The notes under the pieces: model-generated
The model's database searches: none
What the model saw: only the letters and a program-made list of their open reading frames with translations
What the model was told of the DNA's origin: nothing
Part shown: in pieces, positions 19,409-29,292 of the stretch
Numbering within the stretch: the first letter of the stretch is position 1
Layout of the letters: every line of letters starts with the position of its first letter
Translations under genes and position numbers: made by a program
Assembly (NCBI GenBank): GCA_012271185.1
Contig: JAAXGV010000096.1
Location: forward strand, 1 to 56,711
Origin: Rhodothermales bacterium
GTDB taxonomy: Bacteria; Bacteroidota; Rhodothermia; Rhodothermales; Bin80
Length of the DNA: 56,711 nt
Reading direction: 5' to 3'

Positions 19409-21757
19409 TTGCACATGGGTGTACATCACAAGCCGCTGCGTAGCGCAGCTGTACTCGGGGCAGGAACGATGGGTGCGCAGATCGCTGCGCACCTGGCCAA
19501 CGCAGGGCTGCAGGTCCACCTCCTAGATATGCCGGCCTCGGAAGGCCCGCGCAACGCTCTCGTGGATCGCAACCTGAAGGCGGCCACCAAAGCCAAGCCG
19601 AGCACATTCTTCACAGCAGGGACTGTGGCACAGATCAGGACGGGCAACTTTGAGGATGACTTTGCGCGCATCGCGGACGCGGACTGGGTGATCGAAGCCG
19701 TTGTCGAGCGGCTCGATATCAAGCAGCAGCTGATGGCACGCATCGAAAAGGTCGCCCGGGAGGACACCATCGTATCCACGAACACCAGCGGAATCCTCAT
19801 CCGCGACATCGTGGCCGGACGGAGCAACCTGTTCAAGTCGCGCGTGCTGGGTACGCACTTCTTTAATCCTCCGCGCTACCTGGAGCTTCTCGAGCTGATA
19901 CCGACGGATGCAACCGATCCCGACATCACCGAAAAGCTCGCCTGGTTCGGACGAGTTCACCTCGGCAAAGGCATCATCATAGCCAAAGACGTGCCGTACT
20001 TCGTGGGCAACCGCATCGGCGTGTATTCGATGCTGGGGGCTATGGAATACTTTACCAGCGGCACGTACACGATCGAAGAAATCGATACGCTGACCGGCCC
20101 TCTGGTAGGAAGACCAAAGTCGGGCACCTTCCGCACGGCTGACCTGGTTGGGTTGGATGTCATGAAAGACATAGGAGCACTGCTTTACGACGCGCTGCCA
20201 AAGGACGAAAGCCGGGAACGCTTCAGGGTACCTGAGGTCATCAACTCTCTGGTGGCCCGCGGCGCACTGGGTGCCAAGTCAGGAGCGGGATTTTATCGCA
20301 AAGTGGGACGGGAGATACGCTCGCTTAACCTGCAGAAGGGCAGCTATGAAGCGGCCAGGCCGCTGAAGCTGGGCAGCATCAGGTCCATCCGCAAAGCCGG
20401 CAGCGTGGCACATCGCCTGAGGGAGCTCTACGGAGACAAAGGCAGGGCAGGCCAGTTTTTTCGCAAGACCACGCAGGACACGCTCGGCTATGCAGCCCGG
20501 CGACTGGGAGAGATCACTGACAGTCCAGCCAATATTGACAAGGCCATGCGCTGGGGCTTTGGATGGGAGCTCGGTCCGTTTCAGATCTGGGATGTGCTCG
20601 GGTTTCGCCAGGTGCGAAACGACATGGAGGCTGCCGATGTGCAGCTGCCTGCCTGGATTGAATCCATGCCCGCAGGGGCCTCGTTTTACGAAGGTCAGCG
20701 TGTCTGGACCCCGTCCTCCGGTGCGATGGAGAAGGTTCACGTGCCGGCTGATGAGACTCCCCTCGCAGCCGTCAAGGCGCGGCCCGCTGCGGAGCTGTGG
20801 TCCAACAACGAGGTGGGCCTGCTTGATATAGGCAATGGCGTGGCGCTCCTGGAGTTCAGATCAAAAGCCAATGCCATGGGGAAGGAGGTCATTGGCGGAA
20901 TCATGTCAGCTGTTGAACGTGTGGAGAACGATTCCCGCCTCCGTGGCCTGGTGATAGGCAACGAAGGTAGGCACTTCTCCGTCGGCGCAAATCTCAAGGA
21001 GATGGCTGGGGCGTTCATGCTGCGCCGCTTTAGCGTGATAGATTCCTTCATTGACCAGTTTCAGCAGGCGATGCAGCGCATTCATTACGCGGCCAAGCCG
21101 GTTGTGGTGGCTGTGCACCAGCGTGCGCTGGGGGGCGGCTGCGAACTCGTAATGGCAAGCCCGAACCCGGTTGCAGCCGCCGAGAGCTACATGGGCCTTG
21201 TAGAGGCAGGTATCGGGCTTATCCCGGCAGGAACGGGCTGCATGCGGCTTGCGGCCAGGGTGTCCGCTTCGGGCGCGCGGCACGACAACGACCTGCTGGC
21301 AGCGTTGATGCCTCGCTTTGAGCAGATCGCCAAGGCCGAGGTCGCTACCAGCGCAGAGCAAGCCAAGGAGATGGGGTTTCTGCCGCGCCATGCTAAGGTA
21401 GTGATGCGGGGCAGACGGCGCTTTCACGTGGCCAAGTGGGCGGTGGTCGGCCTCTCTGAGCAGGGATACATGCCACCGGCACCGGCACCTGTTCGTGTGC
21501 TGGGGCAGCCAGGCTATGCCGCACTCAAGATCGGGATACACCAGATGTACAAAGGGGGCTTTGCCACAGACTATGACCGCCACATTGCCGAACGGGTTGC
21601 CTACGTGATGACAGGGGGTGACCTTAGTGGTGCCCAGGATGTGTCGGAGCAGTATCTGCTGGACCTGGAAAGAACAGTTTTCCTTGAACTGCTGAAGAAC
21701 ACCAAGACGCAGAAGCGAATCGCCGGGATGCTGGCAGGCAAGCCTGTGCGCAATTGA
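19409..21757 (+). CDS. bifunctional 3-hydroxyacyl-CoA dehydrogenase / enoyl-CoA hydratase family protein
   Basis: 782 aa. The N-terminus has a Rossmann motif (VLGAGTMGAQIA) and an HCDH core. The C-terminal half is crotonase-like (FSVGANLKE...GGGCEL). Confidence 0.9.
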   Translation: MHMGVHHKPLRSAAVLGAGTMGAQIAAHLANAGLQVHLLDMPASEGPRNALVDRNLKAATKAKPSTFFTAGTVAQIRTGNFEDDFARIADADWVIEAVVERLDIKQQLMARIEKVAREDTIVSTNTSGILIRDIVAGRSNLFKSRVLGTHFFNPPRYLELLELIPTDATDPDITEKLAWFGRVHLGKGIIIAKDVPYFVGNRIGVYSMLGAMEYFTSGTYTIEEIDTLTGPLVGRPKSGTFRTADLVGLDVMKDIGALLYDALPKDESRERFRVPEVINSLVARGALGAKSGAGFYRKVGREIRSLNLQKGSYEAARPLKLGSIRSIRKAGSVAHRLRELYGDKGRAGQFFRKTTQDTLGYAARRLGEITDSPANIDKAMRWGFGWELGPFQIWDVLGFRQVRNDMEAADVQLPAWIESMPAGASFYEGQRVWTPSSGAMEKVHVPADETPLAAVKARPAAELWSNNEVGLLDIGNGVALLEFRSKANAMGKEVIGGIMSAVERVENDSRLRGLVIGNEGRHFSVGANLKEMAGAFMLRRFSVIDSFIDQFQQAMQRIHYAAKPVVVAVHQRALGGGCELVMASPNPVAAAESYMGLVEAGIGLIPAGTGCMRLAARVSASGARHDNDLLAALMPRFEQIAKAEVATSAEQAKEMGFLPRHAKVVMRGRRRFHVAKWAVVGLSEQGYMPPAPAPVRVLGQPGYAALKIGIHQMYKGGFATDYDRHIAERVAYVMTGGDLSGAQDVSEQYLLDLERTVFLELLKNTKTQKRIAGMLAGKPVRN

Positions 21758-21770
21758 TACCGCCAAGCTC

Positions 21771-22958
21771 ATGAAAGCAAACGAGTGCTTTATCGTCAGC
21801 AGCTTCCGCACCGCTGTTGGCAAGGCAAAAAAAGGTACGCTGCGCTATATGCGTCCGGAGCAGATGGGAGCCGCGGCAGTGCGTGAAGCCGTCAGGCATG
21901 TCCCGGGGCTGGAGACCAAAGACATTGACGATGTGCTGATCGGCTGTGCCTTTCCTGAGGGCCCACAGGGAATGAACATGGGGCGCATCATCGCGGGTGA
22001 GGCAGGCCTGCCAATCACGGTGCCGGGCGCCACCGTGAACCGGTTCTGTGCCTCGGGACTGCAGACCATTGCCATGGCCTGCCAGTCCATAGCCAACGAC
22101 AGCGCCGACATCGTGGTGGCAGGTGGCACAGAGTCCATGAGCATGGTGCCAATGTCGGGATTCTATTTTCAGCCGGACCCGGACATTGCGCGGAGGCAGC
22201 CGGACACCTATATCTCGATGGGGCTGACTGCGGAGAACCTAGCGGAGAAGTACAAGATCTCGCGAGAGGAACAGGACCGGTTTGCGCAGCAGTCCCATGA
22301 CCGCGCGTTGCGCGCGCAGGTAGCGGGACGCTTCAGTGATGAGGTGATTCCGTTAAAGGTCACCATATCCAGCTTCAACGGTACCGGTGTTGATACTGTT
22401 ACGACAACGTTTGCAGCGGATGAGGGACCACGCAGTGACTCCTCCCGGGAGGCGCTTGCCAGGCTGAAACCGGTATTCAGGCGTGATGGCACAGTGACAG
22501 CGGGCAATTCATCGCAGATGTCCGATGGGGCGGCGGCCGCAGTGGTGATGAGCAAACAGACGATGCAGATGCTTGATGTAGAACCGATGGCGCGCATGGT
22601 TGGATATGCGGTGCACGGCGTGGCACCGGAAATCATGGGTATCGGCCCGGTCGGGGCGATACGGAAGGTGCTTCGGCGCAGCGGCCTCACGCTTGACCAC
22701 ATGGAGCTGATAGAGCTCAACGAGGCGTTTGCTTCCCAGGCGCTGGCGGTTGTGCAGCAGGCGCGGCTGGATGAGGAGATCGTGAACGTCAACGGCGGGG
22801 CGATCGCGCTGGGACACCCTTTGGGCTGCACCGGAGCCAAGCTGACGGCAACACTGCTGCATGAGATGAAGCGTCGTGGCGCCCGCTACGGGCTCTGTAC
22901 GATGTGTATCGGCGGCGGCATGGGGGCCGCGGCCATCTTTGAAAACCTCCAACGGTAG
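21771..22958 (+). CDS. acetyl-CoA C-acyltransferase (thiolase)
   Basis: 395 aa. The active-site Cys context is VNRFCASGLQ, and the C-terminal motifs are NGGAIALGHPLGCTGA and CIGGGMG. Confidence 0.95.
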   Translation: MKANECFIVSSFRTAVGKAKKGTLRYMRPEQMGAAAVREAVRHVPGLETKDIDDVLIGCAFPEGPQGMNMGRIIAGEAGLPITVPGATVNRFCASGLQTIAMACQSIANDSADIVVAGGTESMSMVPMSGFYFQPDPDIARRQPDTYISMGLTAENLAEKYKISREEQDRFAQQSHDRALRAQVAGRFSDEVIPLKVTISSFNGTGVDTVTTTFAADEGPRSDSSREALARLKPVFRRDGTVTAGNSSQMSDGAAAAVVMSKQTMQMLDVEPMARMVGYAVHGVAPEIMGIGPVGAIRKVLRRSGLTLDHMELIELNEAFASQALAVVQQARLDEEIVNVNGGAIALGHPLGCTGAKLTATLLHEMKRRGARYGLCTMCIGGGMGAAAIFENLQR

Positions 22959-22971
22959 ACGCGATCTTGCT

Positions 22972-25488
22972 ATGGAGACATGGCTGTTCTATGGTGTGCT
23001 GTCAGAAACGCCCTGGTGGGCGGTCACACTGGGTTCGCTGCTGATATTTGGACTGCTGGGGTTCACAGGCAGCCCCCTCTGGATATGGAGCGTGGCGATA
23101 ATCGCGCTGTTGTACGCCTTGGGCGCCCCCCTGTGGCTGGCCACTGCAGCAGTCATACTGGTGACCCTGCTGCTGCTCAAGCCTCTGCGTCGCGCCCTGC
23201 TGTCCCGGCCAATGATGCGTATGCTAGATGCTCTGGGTGTTCTGCCTCGAATCTCTGCAACGGAGAAGTTTGCGATTGAGGCAGGAACGGTATGGGTTGA
23301 GGGGGAGCTGTTTTCGGGTCGCCCCAACTTCAGACGCATCCTCGCAGAACCTTATCCGACGCTTACGGAAAAGGAGCAGGCGTTTGTTGACGGCCCCGTA
23401 GAGGCGCTGTGCAGCTCCGTGACAGACTGGGAGATCCGTACCGCTCGTGAGTTCCCTCCAGAGGTCTGGGACATTATCCGGCACGAAAGGCTCTTTGGCC
23501 TCATCGTGCCCAGAAAGTATGGAGGGCATCGCTTCTCTGCCGCGGCCAACAGCGCGACGGTATCCAAGTTGAATTCCCACAGCTATCCGCTGGGTATCAC
23601 GGTGATGGTGCCCAACTCGCTTGGACCGGCAGAGCTCCTGATTCACTATGGCACCAGGGAGCAGCAGGAGTACTTTTTGCCGAGGCTGGCCGATGCTACG
23701 CTTACGCCGGCTTTTGCCCTGACCGAGCTGGAAGCCGGATCGGATGCAGGAGCCATTCGTGCCACCGGTGAGGTGTTCCGGGACCAGAACGGGGAGGTCA
23801 AGATCTGCCTTAACTGGCGCAAGCGGTATATCACGCTGGCTGCGATCGCGGATCTTCTGGGGCTGGCTTTCAAGCTAAAAGATCCTGAAAACCTTCTGGG
23901 CCAGGGCACGAACCCGGGCATCACATGTGCCCTTGTTCATACCGACACCCCTGGCGTGGTGGTCGGCGACCGCCACGATCCGCTCGGCGTGCCTTTTGTG
24001 AATGCACCAACGGAGGGGCACAACGTGATCGTGACCCCTGATGCCATCATTGGCGGTGCCGAAGGAGCAGGACGGGGCTGGCAGATGCTGATGGAGTGCC
24101 TGGCCGCCGGTCGTGGAATCTCCCTTCCCGCCTCATCGGTAGGAACAGCAAAGAGCGTGTTCCTGATCGCGTCAGCGCATGCCGTCGTGCGCAGGCAGTT
24201 TGGGCTGCCGCTCGGCAAGTTTGAGGGTGTCCAGGAGGCGCTTGCCCGCATTGGCGGTTTCGCGTACCTGATGGACGCCGCCCGCATCTATACCGTCGGC
24301 GCCATTGACCAGGGTGCTGCACCGGCCGTGGTGACGGCCATCGTCAAGTACAACCTCACGGAACTGGGCCGCAAGGTGGTGATAGCCGGAATGGACATTA
24401 CCGCAGGCAACGGGATTTCGCTTGGGCCTCGCAACTCGATTGCACACAACTACATAAGCATTCCCATCGCTATAACCGTAGAGGGAGCAAACATACTCAC
24501 CCGGACGCTGATGATCTTCGGTCAGGGTGCTATACGGTGCCACCCGTGGGCATACAAAGAGATCACCGCGCTGGAGCGGCATGACGTTACCGCTTTCGAT
24601 TATGCCATCTGGGGTCATCTGGGTCATATTGTCCGAAACGGATTCAGGGCGGTGCTGCTCGGACTTTCACGTGGGCGTCTGGCGGGTGCCGCAGGTGTGC
24701 GCGGGCCCGCTGCACGGTATGTGCGCCGCCTGAAGTGGGCTTCAGCATCGTTTGCGTTCCTGGCTGATATCGCGATGGTCAGTCTAGGTGGACAACTCAA
24801 GCGCAAAGAGATGATCACAGGCCGATTCGCCGACATCTTTTCATGGATGTACTTGGCGACGGCTACCATCCGGCGTTTTGAGGCGGAGGGTCGTCGCAGC
24901 GAGGATCGGCCATACTTCCGCTGGGCAATGGACTATGCGTTGGCGCGTATCCAGGAAGCCTTTGACGGGTTGTATGCCAACGTCCGGGTACCGGGGCTGA
25001 CCTGGCTTCTGCGCGGGCCTGTTGCGCTGTATTCCCGCTTCAACAGCCTGGGGCGGGATCCCAGCGACAGGCTCAGCCACAAGGTGGCGCAGCTGATGCA
25101 GACGCCGGGTGAACAGCGGTCACGGCTGACAGCAGGGTGCTACAAGCCGGCGGCGGACCAGCCAGGTTTAGGCAAGCTGGAGGCTGCCTTCACCTTGGCC
25201 TGCGAGGCGGACCAGATCATGAGTCGGGTCTCAGCGGCGGTCCGCAAGCGTGTGCTCAGCAGGCGGCCGAAGAGAACCCTTGCAGAACGTGCTGCCGATG
25301 CCGGCATTATAACGGCAGCGGAGCTGGAGCTTGTCAGGCGGTCGGATGCCGCCCGGCTGGAAGCGATCCAGGTAGACTCTTTTGATCCGGAAACCTACCG
25401 GCGACACCACCAGGTCAATACAATCTCCATCAAGGTCGGAGAGGACATGGCCCTGGCGACACAGGCAGACAGCATCGCCGGCACCTGA
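22972..25488 (+). CDS. large FadE-type acyl-CoA dehydrogenase
   Basis: The start is moved to the ATG at 22972 (METWLFYG), after the thiolase stop. N-terminal TM segments are followed by an ACAD core (TELEAGSDAG) and a long C-terminal domain. Confidence 0.9.
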   Translation: METWLFYGVLSETPWWAVTLGSLLIFGLLGFTGSPLWIWSVAIIALLYALGAPLWLATAAVILVTLLLLKPLRRALLSRPMMRMLDALGVLPRISATEKFAIEAGTVWVEGELFSGRPNFRRILAEPYPTLTEKEQAFVDGPVEALCSSVTDWEIRTAREFPPEVWDIIRHERLFGLIVPRKYGGHRFSAAANSATVSKLNSHSYPLGITVMVPNSLGPAELLIHYGTREQQEYFLPRLADATLTPAFALTELEAGSDAGAIRATGEVFRDQNGEVKICLNWRKRYITLAAIADLLGLAFKLKDPENLLGQGTNPGITCALVHTDTPGVVVGDRHDPLGVPFVNAPTEGHNVIVTPDAIIGGAEGAGRGWQMLMECLAAGRGISLPASSVGTAKSVFLIASAHAVVRRQFGLPLGKFEGVQEALARIGGFAYLMDAARIYTVGAIDQGAAPAVVTAIVKYNLTELGRKVVIAGMDITAGNGISLGPRNSIAHNYISIPIAITVEGANILTRTLMIFGQGAIRCHPWAYKEITALERHDVTAFDYAIWGHLGHIVRNGFRAVLLGLSRGRLAGAAGVRGPAARYVRRLKWASASFAFLADIAMVSLGGQLKRKEMITGRFADIFSWMYLATATIRRFEAEGRRSEDRPYFRWAMDYALARIQEAFDGLYANVRVPGLTWLLRGPVALYSRFNSLGRDPSDRLSHKVAQLMQTPGEQRSRLTAGCYKPAADQPGLGKLEAAFTLACEADQIMSRVSAAVRKRVLSRRPKRTLAERAADAGIITAAELELVRRSDAARLEAIQVDSFDPETYRRHHQVNTISIKVGEDMALATQADSIAGT

Positions 25489-25501
25489 ATGGGAGTACGC
25501 T

Positions 25502-25957
25502 ATGAGCTTTTTGAAACTGGTGTTCTTGCTGTTGCACGTGATCACGGCAGCAGCGTGGTTCGGGCTGGCACTGCGCCTTAGCGGAATGGCGCGGCAGATT
25601 GGGGGCCTTAGAGGCGAGGCCGCAAAGGCTTTGGCCGACTGCGGCGCTAGGGACGTGCGGCTGCTGACGCTGTCACTGCTGCTGACTTTCGCCTTTGCGA
25701 TGGGTCTGCTGGCGCTTGGGCGGGGCTATCCGGGCCAGATGGAGTACCACATTGCCTCGGCACTGATAGTCGTCCTGGTTGGCGTCCACTTCTTCTTGAT
25801 CCGGCCTGCCTGGAAGGGCCTGAGTGCTGCAGCAGCGTCACAGGAGGGTACGCACGTTTTCCAGAAGCGCATCGCGGGTGCCACCGGGCTGGGCCACCTG
25901 ATCTGGCTGACGCTGCTGATCCTGATGTTCTGGAGAAGATTCGAAGCGGTGCTGTAG
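25502..25957 (+). CDS. 4-TM membrane protein, unknown function
   Basis: 151 aa from the ATG at 25502 (MSFLKLVFLLLHVITAAAWFG). Its 3' end is part of the left direct repeat of islet 1. Confidence 0.65.
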   Translation: MSFLKLVFLLLHVITAAAWFGLALRLSGMARQIGGLRGEAAKALADCGARDVRLLTLSLLLTFAFAMGLLALGRGYPGQMEYHIASALIVVLVGVHFFLIRPAWKGLSAAAASQEGTHVFQKRIAGATGLGHLIWLTLLILMFWRRFEAVL

Positions 25958-26030
25958 AAGCAGTCGCCCAGCGTGCGCCCCGCTATGGCTGCGGTGCGAA
26001 TGAACGAGCACTGGAGCCAGATTAAAAGGA
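25843..26030. repeat. left copy of the imperfect direct repeat bracketing islet 1
   Basis: GGAGGGTACGCACGTTTTCCAGAAGCGCATCGCGGGTGCCACCGGGCTG ... CTATGGCTGCGGTGCGAATGAACGAGCACTGGAGCCAG aligns with 29972-30135. Confidence 0.8.
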
Positions 26031-26068
26031 TCCGGATCGAAGGTCAGCCTATGACAGAGTGGGTATAG
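25985..26068 (+). pseudogene. truncated csbD-like start (27 codons)
   Basis: MAAVRMNEHWSQIKRIRIEGQPMTEWV* parallels MATPRMNESWSQVRSQIEEIW of the intact copy at 30090 but diverges and stops early. Confidence 0.55.
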
Positions 26069-26164
26069 ATGCCGAGGGAACCGTCGTCAGGCGAAACCTG
26101 TCTTCCTGCTCATGTGGGGTGACCAGATCTACGCCACCATAGTGCACGAAGCTAAGGGTATATC

Positions 26165-27631
26165 ATGACCGTTCCAAGCTACTGTTGGCAACCGATAGAA
26201 GACGTGGAGCCACACGCAGCACTGGGACTAGGGGAACCCGGGCTTGGTGCCTTGGCGCAGGTCTGGCGTGAGCAGCGCGAGCGTCTGAGCACCCAGGAAG
26301 CGTATCGCCAGTTTGAGGAGCGATTGCAGCGCGAGTGGGCCATCGAGACAGGACTGATCGAGCGCCTATACACATTCGACCGTGGAATCACGCAGCAGCT
26401 CATCGAGCACGGAATCCAGGCTGCGCTAATTCCACGACAGCACGGTATGAATGCTGAAGCGGTCGCGGCAATGATCAATGACCACAAGGCGGCGGTAGAA
26501 AATGTGTTCGACTTTGTAAAGGACAGGAGACACTTATCCACCAGCTACATCAAGGAGATGCATGCCCTGATGACGCGGCAGCAGAAAACCGTGGAGGGCC
26601 TTGACGCTTTGGGCAGGTCAGCATCGATTCCACTGATTCGCGGCGATTACAAGCGCTTGCCGAATAACCCGTGTCGACCAGACGGCACCATCCATGAGTA
26701 CTGTCCGCCGCACCATGTTGCTTCGGAAATGGACCGGCTGATCGTTATGCATCACAAGCATCAAGATTATGCGCCTGAGGTCGAAGCCGCATGGTTACAT
26801 CACCGGTTCACGCAAATCCACCCGTTTCAAGACGGTAATGGCCGGATCGCTCGTGCCTTGGCAACTCTGGTTTTCATCAAAGCCGGCTGGTTCCCCATAG
26901 TGATCCCGGAGCAGGAGCGGGCACAGTATATCAGCGTTCTGGAGGACGCGGACAGCGGCGACCTTGAGCCCTTGGTCCGCTACTTTGCTCGTCTGCAGCG
27001 CACGCAATTCCTTCGCGCGTTGAGTATCACAGAGCATGTCCGGAAGAGCCGTCGTGTGGCAGACCAGATCAGGTCCATTCGGCAGCAGCTTAAAAAGCGC
27101 AAGGATTCCATCGTTGCCGAACTGGAGGCCGCAGAATCCATCGCCGCATCGCTACTGGAACAAGCTAAGCAGCGGCTGGATACAGTTGCAGCTGATTTGA
27201 GCAACGAATTGAGCGACATATTGGAGCACGTCACATACTACGCCGACAGTGCAGCAAATGATAGTGATCGCAGCCATTGGCACTGCAATCAGATTGTTCG
27301 CACTGCGGAGAAGCTGGGCTATTTTGCCAACTTCCGTCTCTACCGGGCTTGGACGCGGCTGGTGATGCACAATGCCAACAAGACTCAATTGCTAATCTCA
27401 GTTCATGGGATAGGACGACAGTTTCAGGGCGTGCTGGCTTGTTCCGCATCGTGGTTCCAGCGGGTAGAGGTAGAGGGCAGCGAGGAGTCGGGTTCCGTTG
27501 TTCCGGCAACCGACGAAGTCTTTCTGATCAACTACAAGGAGCCCGTTGAGGAAGCCGCGGCGCGATTCTCATTCTGGCTCGAAGACGCAATCGTACATAG
27601 CCTTCGGTTATGGCAAGAGGCCGAGTGGTAG
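26165..27631 (+). CDS. Fic-family protein with an uncharacterised C-terminal region of about 200 aa
   Basis: 488 aa with the canonical Fic motif HPFQDGNGRIARAL at nt 26819-26860. The C-terminal part has no motif I recognise. Confidence 0.9.
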   Translation: MTVPSYCWQPIEDVEPHAALGLGEPGLGALAQVWREQRERLSTQEAYRQFEERLQREWAIETGLIERLYTFDRGITQQLIEHGIQAALIPRQHGMNAEAVAAMINDHKAAVENVFDFVKDRRHLSTSYIKEMHALMTRQQKTVEGLDALGRSASIPLIRGDYKRLPNNPCRPDGTIHEYCPPHHVASEMDRLIVMHHKHQDYAPEVEAAWLHHRFTQIHPFQDGNGRIARALATLVFIKAGWFPIVIPEQERAQYISVLEDADSGDLEPLVRYFARLQRTQFLRALSITEHVRKSRRVADQIRSIRQQLKKRKDSIVAELEAAESIAASLLEQAKQRLDTVAADLSNELSDILEHVTYYADSAANDSDRSHWHCNQIVRTAEKLGYFANFRLYRAWTRLVMHNANKTQLLISVHGIGRQFQGVLACSASWFQRVEVEGSEESGSVVPATDEVFLINYKEPVEEAAARFSFWLEDAIVHSLRLWQEAEW

Positions 27632-27782
27632 CGTTGGCGCCCTGGAGAAAGAGCAGGCTGGTTCTTGCTGCCCGGCTTTTCTATGCCACGCCTGGGGCGC
27701 ACGTGCGCTAGCCAACCTTAGGAACTCCTGATTAAGTTGGAACCCGAGACTGATGTTGGCATAACCTATAAGAAACACCTTC

Positions 27783-28045
27783 ATGCAGCTTAGTTTCACA
27801 GACCTCGAATACGGAAACAGGAAAACGAAGGGAGTTACACGCCAAACAGATACGAATAAATCTGGCACTGCAACTGAAGGATAGCAGGACTCAGCTAGCG
27901 CACAAGTTTGGGCCGATCCTCGGCTTTCCAAGCCGCAAGGTCGTCTTGGGCCCAAATTCTTCCCTATCTCGGCGCTGGTGCCTCTTTTTCACCCAGCACG
28001 CTGAAACCCCCGTTTCTTCCACGGACCCCTACGGTCTCAGGCACT
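27783..28045 (+). pseudogene. IS5-family transposase 5' remnant
   Basis: The ATG at 27783 opens MQLSFTDLEYGNRKTK (compare the IS5-group N-terminus M.QLSF.D.EY..KRK), with a stop after 33 codons. The downstream 27900-28045 belongs to the dispersed repeat family. A locally low-GC patch spans 27700-27900. Confidence 0.5.
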
Positions 28046-28137
28046 CCAGGCGGAGCCATTGGGCTGGTACCTTGGCTTCCGTTCGGTCCACTCCTGGCCC
28101 TGTTTCCACACCGCGGGCAGAACTGTAGCCTCCTGAC

Positions 28138-29174
28138 TCACTGGGCCGGCCCCGTCCTGCGCCCAAGCGGCGCACTTACGTCGATTACAATGACTTTGGT
28201 CTTGAGCCGATGTTGCGGGACCAGCTCGGCCTTCAACCGATTCCGAAGTTGGCCAGGAGATTCTGGACGGCGACCGCTCGGTGGCGGATTCTTGAGGTGG
28301 TCGGCGCCAAACCACAACACCAGGTAGATGCCGTAGCTGTCGGATCTGGGGTCGCGACAGTATCGCCCATGCAGCTGGTCGCTTGCAGTGGTCCAGAGAT
28401 CCCGGCGTCGGTCTTTTTGATCTCGATGGGAACGGCGTGCGGGAAGCAGTGCACCATGATGTCGGGATGCTTTTCCTCGGCGACCTGCTCGTCCTGGCTG
28501 GTTGTAACGTCATACAGATCAAGCAGGGGCTCCAGATCGGACACCAGCACCTTCCGGCAAGCGTTTTCAGGCTTTGGCGCAATGACCCCCCTGCCCTTCG
28601 GATCCTCTGGATCCGTGTGCCAGTACTGAATCCAGGCATCGGTGCTTCCATTTCGGACTCGCTTTCCCAGTTGGCTCAGCCTCTCGGCGACAAGCGCCAC
28701 CAGATCCGCCGCACTACCAGGTGGCCCGCCCCGCAGCGCTTCGCACACCTCGTTCACGGTCGGCGTTCTGCGGGTTATGGCCCGGCGCTGCTCGTCGCGA
28801 GCTCGCCGGAGTTTCGCGCTCCACTTTGTCAAGGCGGGGTCGTCTGCCAGGCCGACGAGTGCGGCACTAGTCTCGTTGTCCGCTCTGCGTGCCAGGGTTT
28901 TAATCCAGCCGTTTACAAGGGACACCGCCCGGACTCCGGTGGCGAAGCTGTCGCCATCCATGCAAGGATGGGTCGAGTCGGGAACATCGTCCCATGGTGA
29001 ATGCAACCTGGACCCAACGGCCCGAATAAGGTCGGCCAGGTGTCCGGTCGGCCATTCCTGATTCGGCAAGGGGTTCCTGTCCGGCACCAGAAAGCTGACC
29101 ACATGGTGCACCCGTACTTCCCCGCCACCCAACAAGAAGTTGATCAAACGGGGTAAATGCTTGTTCGGTGCCAC
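28138..29174 (-). pseudogene. N-terminally truncated, frameshifted PD-(D/E)xK nuclease module
   Basis: ORF 28233..29174 ends with EEKHPDIMVH...AVPIEIKKTD. In a second frame the sequence continues RRDLWTTASDQLHGRYCRDPRSDSYGIYLVLWFG...IVIDVS down to the stop at 28138. The switch coincides with the A5 run (T5 on the plus strand, 28414-28418). Confidence 0.6.
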
Positions 29175-29292
29175 GAGACTGGTCTGCCGCCAGCCAATAG
29201 GCCTGCTGAACCAGGTCCAGCCCGCTCCGCTCCTAACACAGATCGTGGGACCAAGCGAAGAGACTCGTGAGGTAGGTCGGGCGAAAAAGGAG

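Noticed and set aside
28195-28327. The plus-strand translation DFGLEPMLRDQ resembled the IS5 transposase motif GLE.MLRI, suggesting the IS remnant extends to 28330.
   Set aside because: The minus strand of the same interval encodes a much longer, family-consistent continuation of the nuclease module (GIYLVLWFG...IVIDVS). The plus-strand match is therefore coincidental.
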